Source: the human T2T-CHM13v2.0 reference genome, Homo sapiens. Taken from it: a stretch of DNA of 64,000 nucleotides. The translations under genes were made by a program, and so were the position numbers. Shown here one piece after another: positions 54,970-64,000 of the stretch (position 1 is the stretch's first letter; each line of letters begins with the position of its first letter). A model generated the notes under the pieces. It was not told the origin of the DNA. It did not search any database and saw only the letters and a program-made list of their open reading frames with translations. The stretch lies in assembly GCF_009914755.1 (NCBI RefSeq), contig NC_060929.1; one strand, 5' to 3'.

Positions 54970-55400
54970 ACTTTTTATTTATTTTATTTAAGTATGAATA
55001 TGTCTATAATTATATATTTGTATTTTAATAAGAACATAGGAATCTACCCACAAAACCAGAAATAAAAACCTCAAAAATCTCCCTCTGTGGTGTCCTCATC
55101 TCAAATCCTTGCCTCTTCCTTTAAGACAACCAACATCCTGAATTCAGTCTTCATGATTACCATACCTTATGGTTTATATTCTTTTATGTCCTAAAGAATA
55201 TATGCATTAACATTATTTTTAATTTATAAAATGTATATCATATTGTATGTAATTGTGTGTATATTGTCACTTAATATGTTGTCTACATTCACCTTATATT
55301 GTAGTCTGTTACTGTACATTAGATTTATTTTGAAACTAATTAAATTCCACAAGATGAGTGTTCCACAAGACTTTAAATTTCTAAGAGCACATAAAAAATG
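54970..55400 (-). mobile_element. L1ME 3' fragment
   Basis: caaccaacatcctgaatt...tttataaaatgtatatcatattgtatgta. Confidence 0.55.
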
Positions 55401-58400
55401 TGCCATATTACGTAGATGTGAACAATTCTAAATATATTAACAATGGTAAAATATTTAAAAATGTTCAAAAAGACAAACCATGAAAAAGAAAAAAATGCAG
55501 GGTTATCATCACAAATTGATGTTCATTTTCAATTTTTTTCTTAAATAATTTTATGACCTGATTACTTCCGCAGATGAGTCCATTTATCCATGTGTAAATT
55601 GCAGGAATGGTTCAAATATGTAAATGAATAACCATAATTAAAGAGTTTTATCTGTAACCTATACTAAATCATTTCACTATGTTTTAGCAATAGATTAAAT
55701 AGGGTCTATGTAAAGTATTGTGGAGAGAATTCCAAAATATGAGAAATTATTTCTTATGAGAAATAAGGTAGCCACATATACAGCTTGAGAATAATCTATT
55801 CTAGTAAGGTCACTGTTAAGGCAGGTAATAGGGTGGTCTTGGATTTGTTAGCAGGATAGATTGCCTGTTATCTAGGGACTCTGTAAGACAATATCTGAGA
55901 CTCAAAAAGCTCTGCATTCTATTTCCCTATTCCTATTATTCCCACCTTAAGTGTAAGGAATCCATAAGAAAATAAGTCTACAATTTTCTGCTATGTCTCA
56001 ATACACAGTATGGTATCTATAAGGATTATAAATATTATTATAACGTTAATAGGTACATGCTAATTATTAAAGAACTAGACATCTCCTAGATTGAAGAGGA
56101 GTATGATCACCCTTGCAAGTTGTTTTTCAAGGAACACTGGAAATAAGGGATTGTATAGCATCACTTCTCATGTACATGTGATCTTAAAGCAATCCCGTGA
56201 TAAGAAATGAATTCCAGATATGTTTTTGTCCTCAGAGGATGGCTAAAAGTACTCACCATACTTTTTACAAATGGCCAGGGTTCCACAGGAGCCACACTTT
56301 CATAAGCAAAAAATGTCTCCTTGGAGTAGCTCTATAAATCACATAGAGCTGCTGTCCCAATTGCAATGGGGAGAAGCAATTAAGGGACATATGACTTGCC
56401 CTTCCGCCACCAGTCCCCTCCCAAAATGCAACCATTAACACTAGGCAGAATGTGTAGATCATTCACAAGGTTCCTAAAAGCAGAACAATACTGAAAACCT
56501 GCATTTTGTTACTTTCCTTGAAAAGAACTTTATTTTATATTCATTATACATGTAAAAAGGAGCACAAGTAAAATAAGAGAAGATAAGGTATCCCTATTTT
56601 AGCGAGTGACACAGTGATTGGTGGGATCATTGAGGTGCTGTTAGGTGAGCCTAGTTTTGCATGAATAAAATTATCATGGCATTAATTAAAATAGAAGTCC
56701 GCAGAGGGAAAAATAAAGTATGATTATAAAAATCTTCGGTTTTATGTTCTTTTAAATTAACAGGGAGATTAAATTAAGAAAATTTAAAATGGTGTAAAAG
56801 AGTTCCAACACTTCTTGCCATAAAGGAAAGAAGTTAAGACTATGTTTTACTCTCCACCTTCTGTTAATGTGTGGCACTACAAATTCCCTTTTAAAGATCA
56901 CCTGTAAATCTTTTCTTAGTAGGCAGCAGGATTTACCAAATACAATTCTGAGAGAAATGCTTTCCTAGAATTCCCCCACCTTTTTATTTTACAGAAAAAA
57001 TGGAAATTTTTGGCTGAACTCTCTTATTTTGACAAATGTGTAAAATGATGTGCTTACAGTTGCAATTGTGGGCATTATTCAGACCCTTAAATCTCTACAT
57101 CTTCATCTTGTCCTGCCCTCTGCTCACCTCTGCAGTCCAAAATACATTCACCTTCTTAAAAAGGCATAAAACTGCTCTATAATGAATGACAATCTGTTGG
57201 CAGCATGTTTACGTATGTGTGCCTAGAATATCTAGGGCAGTATGGTAGCAAAAAGATATTTATTTTATAATGAATCTGTAACGTGCTCTAATGTTTCTTC
57301 CTTGGCCATATGGCACTCTAAGGGAGGATAGCACCCCAGCATGCAGCAGGCAGAAGTAGCAGCAGTTTAACAGTGGTAAATGTGCTCTCTCTGCCCTTCT
57401 ACATCTACTGCTCCACGGACAAAAAGTTGAGAAGCTCTTATGGCAAATATGGTTATATGCTTTAAAAACTAGAACTTCTAATTGGCTTTGCCACCAGAAT
57501 AAATTAAAAAATCTGGATGTATAATCAATGGTTTAGGGAAAAAGGCTTAGTTAAATAAAGTTATAAAATAGAAGAATAGTGTATTCATGAGTTTTTTAAA
57601 GTGTAACTGAGAAAATACAAGTAAGCGCCTTGTATGGATGTCTTACACTTAATGAGAGCTTACTGGTTTATCCTATACTAAAAATTATTATAAACTTTGA
57701 GAATAAATAGGAAATGGGTGTCGAATGTTGAAAAATCTATCCAGTTATATATTGTGCTATTTTTCTCTCATACAATTGTTTCTGTTGGCAAATTCAGTAA
57801 AGTCTACATCTCCATTAGGGAAATAACCCTTACACATAAATTAAAATCAGTGCTTCAAAATGGAGAGATGAATATGACCATAACATCCTTAGGGATGTGA
57901 GCCTAAATTTCAATTCAATAACACTAAATTACAATTACATTTTGGTTAGAAGGAATACATCGAAAGATTCCACGTAAATCAAATTAAGAGCACTTAGGCA
58001 CAATTATCACTAGCATACAATTTGAATCACTTGGGATAAAGCCTTAGCAATTGTCTTCACCACAGGCAAAATAGCAACTGAAACCTAAAAATCAAAATTT
58101 AGAAGAGCAGTTTCGTACTTCTCACTTTAAACACAGCCAGAATAAATTATGTTTCTATAGTCCGTAATGTTGAGAGAAAATGAGTATACATATGTGTCGA
58201 CATTTTATCTGCAAGCTTAGAACAACTTTAAGAGTTTAACGACATCCATTTTTTAAATCTATCTGATATGAAAACTATAATGCAAATTCATACCAGAAGA
58301 TAAAATTTATTTGTTTTTCAAAATTGTATTCCTTTTGAATACAACTCTAATCTTAAACTTTTTTAAAAAGTCAACATTTTACCTAAAAAGAAGAGTTGTA

Positions 58401-58759
58401 TAAAAGTTGCTTCTTGAAAAATCAAATAACAACATTTTATAAGTCAAAGATAAATTATATAAAATTTAACCAAAGCTTTTATCCAGTACTGAAACCTGCA
58501 TCAGAGTTTATCATTTCAACTACATATGCATATTTCCACTTGTGGACAAAACTCTGTTTTGTTTTGTTTTTGAGGTAGAACATTCTAATTGTTCAATCTT
58601 TCTTATTGACCGAAAAAAACCTTTTTAATGAGATGAGCACATAAATTTTAAATTTAGTTACTTCACATATTTATCTTACGCAAGTGGTCTACCTAAAGAA
58701 AGTAGATTTACTTCTCTAGCCTCTGAAGGTGTTTGAATGTCTAACCTTGACTGAAATAT

Positions 58760-59130
58760 CTTCTTTTCCTGTAGTCATTCCTTGTTTGTCATCATTTACG
58801 TAGCTCTCAACCTCTAGGTCAATCCAACACTAAATGTGTCCTTTTAACTGAATTCCCCATTCCATATGTGGACAAGCCAGTGGAGAGAAAAATGGGATTG
58901 TTAACTTCCTTGACCTGAGGCTTTTGTTTGTATTAATAACATAAAAAATTTACAGTATACTTGCAGTCCACCAAAACTTTCAGGTCTTTTTCACAGGAGG
59001 TATGTATAATTCAAGATCATACTATGACTATGTAATATTTTTTGCTTCTAAATGTGGAACTTTATATTTTCTCCTTTCTTCCTAATCAACAATGTTTTCA
59101 CTATTTTGTGTTATCTAAATCAGTCTCCCT
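58760..59130 (-). mobile_element. L3/CR1 RT fragment
   Basis: ccatatgtggacaagccagtggagag...aggtctttttcaca...ctaaatgtggaactttatattt resembles antisense CR1. Confidence 0.55.
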
Positions 59131-59639
59131 TGTAGTCAAATATGACTACATTTTTATGAATACAATGTGATCTGAAGTAATAACCACTAATTTCAGTCTG
59201 GTACTTGATGCTTTTGGAGTTTCTCTGCATGTTCTTGAAACCCTTTCTTCTTTCTGGAGTAGGCGGGACAATCCTAGGCACCAGGGTTGCAAATAATAAG
59301 CAGAGCTTTACCACTGACTTTACTGGTCCACTATAAACTGTTAAATAAAAGATCATTCCATTTGTATTAATTTTAATGTATCATACTTTTAAGGCTCATC
59401 TGATAGCATTACCACATGCCTAAGAGCCCCTTCATCCTTCTCTTAGATTGACTATTTATAATAAATCCCACAGTTTTACCACATTCTAACAAGAGTATTT
59501 ATCCCTGTAATAAGCATGCATGCTTACCTTTTAAAATTTCAGATAACATGGAAAACCAAGACAACTTTAAGGAAAAAAATAGCAAAAGAAAGTATATAGG
59601 ATCCAGATTTAATTGACTAGAAAACAAATGCTTGAATTA

Positions 59640-59641
<2 letters not shown>

Positions 59642-59694
<53 letters not shown>
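59642..59694. repeat. Perfect (AT)n, about 26 units
   Basis: Seen directly. Confidence 0.97.
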
Positions 59695-59697
<3 letters not shown>

Positions 59698-60616
59698 TTT
59701 AACTTTTAAATGGTGCTGCTATTGTCTGATATATTTCATAGAATTATTCAAAATGAAAAACCGTGCACTTATCTGAAACAGTAGTGTTTTTTCCCCTTCA
59801 ACTTTCATGTGGTATTCAAAATCATCAGAAATTTAAAAGCATGCCACAGACTATCAAATAAGAAGTTGATGACTAGAAAATGTAGTTATTAAATGTCACT
59901 TTACTGTCTTCTGATGATCCTCTGTCTTCTGGAGCAAGTTTTATAGCCTTGCTTAACTTGTAAAACAATTTGGTAGAATGATTATAAATGTGTTAATCTT
60001 TACATAAATAATTTTATGTTACTTTACAAAAAGTTGATGAAAGCCTCCAGAACTTGATGGCAAAATGTAATAAAAAGTTATAAAAAATTGTTAAAATATG
60101 TTGCCCCTAATAGCTTGACAAGAAATGTTTTATTGAAATTTTGCTGCTAATTCTTTATGAATTCAAATTAAATGAGGAAGCATTTTTATGTGGGAAAATA
60201 ACCCACAGCTGTCTTCATATTCTTCCATGAAGCTGTCATTGAAAGGTTACCGATATCTTTCTACTTTATTTCAATGCATGACCAGTGATACCATTGTGCT
60301 TTCATTAATGTTAAATTGGAAACCTCGTAAAAGTTTTACTCTTTAAAATGCTGATATTTTTCAGTTAATGTATAAGAATATATAGAAGCATACTGTGTAA
60401 AAAGAGTTAATATAAATTAAAGGGCATGTCTCAAGTAATTAATTTGTTTCAAACATTTACTGCATTCTTAGTGTCCCAAGTCTTTAGTCTCTTTTAACAC
60501 CTGGAGGTAGAATTGTAGACAGTTGAAAAATAAGTTATTTGGAAACATTGATTTCCCTGAAATCTACAGGTACTTTTGAAAAAAAATGTATTATCAATTC
60601 CTTAATAAAGTGATCT

Positions 60617-61022
60617 CTTTTTCTTAACTTTTATTTTAAGTTCAGGGGTATATGTGCAGGTTTGTTACATAAGTAAACTTGTGTCACAAGGGTTTGTTGT
60701 ACAGATTATTTCATCACCCAGGTATTAAACTTAGTACCCATTAGTTATTTTTCCTGATCCTTTCCCTCCTCCCACACTCCACCCTCCAATAGGCCCCAGA
60801 GTGTGTTGCTCCCCTCTTCGTGTCTCTGTTCTCATCATTTAGCTCCCACTTATAAGTGAGAACATGAGGTATTTAGTTTTTTGTTCCTTAATTAGTTTGC
60901 TAAGGATAATGACCTCCAGCGCCATCCATATTCCTGTAAAAGATATGATCTCATGCTTTTTTTAAATATCTGCAAACTATTCCATGGTATATCTGTATGA
61001 CATTTTTATCCACTCTATCATT
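60617..61022 (-). mobile_element. Short 5'-truncated L1PA (about L1PA13) 3' end
   Basis: Same 3' UTR type as 4733-5150 (aagttcaggggta...catcacccaggtattaa). Confidence 0.92.
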
Positions 61023-61129
61023 TTAAACAAAGTAATTATTTATAGTACTTATGAATACTGGCCATACACTTTGTAAGGTTATTTTTTGAATTGTGGCTAA
61101 TATAACTTCTTACATGATATTTTAACATT

Positions 61130-62960
61130 TACAAGTTTTAAAATAACTTTTAATTGAAAATTTTAAATGTACCTAATTGTATTTTTACAAAGTGTAATTA
61201 TTAATATAATGATATATAAAAAGTACAGATTGATTACTTTTTATAAATTTAATAATCCATCAAATATCTAATCTGATAAAAAAAAAACCACACAGCATTA
61301 CCACATCTCTAGAAGCATCCTTATTCTTCTATTAGTGGCAGCTCTTCTCAACCCTCTCCTGATTTCTAATGCCATAAATGTGTAACCCTGTATTTTAATT
61401 TTAAATTTATGTTCATGGTATCAGACAATTTATATTATTTTGCATCTGACTTATTTCATTCAAAACTAAGCTCATGAGATTTATTCATGTTTTTCAGTAA
61501 AGTAGTGGTTCATCCACTCTCTTTGCTAAATAGTATTCACTGAAAAAAATATGTCACCATTTATCTACTTATTTATTATTACTATCTATAATTCTGATAT
61601 TTATATACCTTTTAGTTGTTTCCAAGATTTGGGCATTATAAATATTCCCATTAAGAAAAAAAATTATTCCAAGTATTGTTACATTTATCTTGGCTGTATT
61701 CCTAAAAGTGAAAGTACTGGGTCACAGAATGCTTGCATTTTCAACTTTTTTGGATATGTCCAAACACTCATTCCTACTAGTAGTATAATGATAATTCCAA
61801 TTAATTCACATTTTTGCCAAAACATGTTATCAGCCCTTTACTATCACCCAAACTTGTGTATCTGTAGCGCTATATCATTTTGGTTTTGTTTAAGTTTTGT
61901 TGTGACTATTAGGACTGATACATTTTTCATCTATTTATTGGCCATTTGGGAAACCAAGAGCAACTTGATATTGGTCAGTTTCCACTTTTACATTTTGCTA
62001 TGTCTATTAGGATTGATACATTTTTCATCTGTGTATTGGACATTTGAGAAACCACTAGAATGCTGATATTTGTCATGTTTGAGTTTTGGCTAGAATATTT
62101 CATTGGTAGAGTCATGTATTTCCACAAGGTGGCATATATGGAAGATATGTAACTTCTACATATCTCCCTTTTGTGATATTAATGGGCTTTGCTAATCATT
62201 GCCTAGATTCATTATTCTAGTGGCAAAGTGATGACATTAAGAATCATTTATACTTGAATTGTAGTTGGAATACTTATTTAAAGAAACTTAAATTTTTCCT
62301 CATCAATTATTTGGTTTTCTTGAGGTACTGTTTGTGTAGATAGGTGCTTGAGGTATTAAAAAATCATTTTTATTTAATACTTTTCAAAATAATAAGATAA
62401 GTTCCTCAAATAAGATGCTACCTTGGGAGTTCTGATTTCTGAATTTATTTGTCTTCAGCCCCATGAGACGGAAAATACTACCTTTCCCCAGCTTTCTTAG
62501 CATATTTCAAAGATAATTAATTAATTTTGAAATGTTTGCTATATTTCAAATCATTGAAGTTATTATTTCATTGAGGCTTAAGTATCTTATCTTTGGCTTA
62601 TAAGAGATCTTTCAGATTGGAATTTACGTCATTATGACATAATCCCAGTAGTCTTTCTGCATGGCAATTTATTACAAGCTAAATTATACAGTATAAATCT
62701 TCTGTTCCAAATTTGGGATCAATCGCTGCCCCTCTCCCACTGCAACATCCTGAAAGAGACTTTTTCCTTTTAGTTACAAAATGCAATCTGATATTATAAG
62801 TACTCATTATAAAGGTTTTGATCATCAATTCTAGGTCTTTTTACTGATCTGAACTAGGAATTACTAGAGTTTTTTTTTTAAGTGAAAATATGTTATAGAC
62901 TCAAACTTACATTCCCAAAACAAATTTAGCACTGGTATTTAAGCTATGTTGTTTAAAATT
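61130..62960 (-). mobile_element. Old L1ME/L1MC 3' fragments
   Basis: tgacttatttcattcaa...tgagatttattcatgt...gttgtttccaa...actgggtcacag. Confidence 0.6.
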
Positions 62961-63099
62961 TGTGATTTTTTCCATTATGCTGATAATTTTTTTATATTAT
63001 CAATCACAATATAATTATGCTTTGTGTTATTCTAATAGAAATTTACTTGAAATATTTTGTGTGTGTGTATAATTATATGTAAGTTTATGTTAAAAGCTG

Positions 63100-63659
63100 T
63101 TAAGGTAGACGGCATAATGACTTCCCCCTCCCACCAAAATGTTCATGTTCTATTCCCTGGAAACTGTGAACACATTATCTCAAACGGCAAAAGAGACTTT
63201 GCAAATGTGACAAGTGGTATAGAACTTGAGATGCTGAGAGTATTCTGGATCATCTAGATGGACCCAGTCTAATCGAATGCATTGTAAAAGTGTAACACCT
63301 TTTCATCTGACTCAGAGTGATGAGACAGAAGGTTAGAGGGATGTGACAAGACAAGGACTTGACTCACATTTGTTAGCTTAAAGATAGAGGTAGTTGGCCA
63401 TAAGCCAAGGTAGGCAACGTCTTCTAGAACCTGGGAACTAGCTTCAGTTTACAGCCAGCAAGAATAGAGCTGCAAGAAACTGAATTTTACCATAAACCTA
63501 CATGAAAAAGGAAAATGATTTGTCCCTTGGACAACGTGGTTTTTGTCTAGTGAGATTGATACTGAACTTCTGATGTATATAACTATAAGATAAATTCATG
63601 CTGTTTTAAGCTACTAAAATTTGGTAATTATTTTATGGCAGCAATAGAAAACAAACATA
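63100..63659 (+). mobile_element. MLT1D-like solo LTR
   Basis: ccctggaaactgtgaa...ggcaaaagagactttgcaaatgtga...gttttaagctactaa...gcagcaatagaaaac. Confidence 0.85.
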
Positions 63660-64000
63660 GTTAACTTCCTTTTTTTCTTCTTTCGAAATAAATTTGAAAA
63701 AGATTTAATATTTTCATTTTTGTGTAATTTATTTTTTATATAAAACAGCTCTATAGTTACAAAATTTATGAGATAAGATATGCCCAGATAAGTTTAGTTT
63801 GTTTTCCCTCTAGTCTTCCCCTTCTTTCTCATTTATATTCTCAGAGATCTGTATTTTAGCTTTGCAGACTCACGTTTACTTAAGAAAATGCACACACAAA
63901 ACACACCCATATATATTTCAATAATAAGCTCCATTAGTATGATGTATTATCCAATTCATATATTTTGGATTCAATTTGCTAAAAATTTTAATTAGAACTT

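Noticed and set aside
61551-62066. 171-aa hydrophobic ORF as membrane protein
   Set aside because: T-rich antisense strand of an old L1 plus a local duplication

Overview
AT-rich primate (human-like) genomic DNA, intergenic or deep intronic. I find no supportable protein-coding gene, RNA gene or prokaryotic system. Roughly half or more of the window is interspersed repeats: L1PA/L1PB/L1M LINEs, L2, L3/CR1, Alu/FLAM, MIR, MaLR and ERV1 LTRs (including a full-length THE1B), and Tigger/hAT DNA-transposon relics. The listed ORFs are either repeat-derived (L1 ORF2 pieces, THE1 internal ORF, Alu) or look like chance ORFs. Subfamily names come from my recollection of consensus sequences and need RepeatMasker/Dfam confirmation. 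Most notable structures: (1) an unexplained ~130-bp long-stem hairpin in repeat-poor DNA at 15.4-15.6 kb with mirrored AAAGGTCA and CCAAT motifs; (2) a plus-strand L1 with a ~113-bp tandem array in its 5' UTR and nearly all of ORF2 deleted; (3) a twin-primed young L1 with a 17-bp TSD and chimeric ORFs; (4) a tail-less Alu between TSDs and an Alu that deleted its target; (5) a strong minus-strand bias of L1s plus candidate plus-strand splice signals. I see no convincing evidence of a new biological system.
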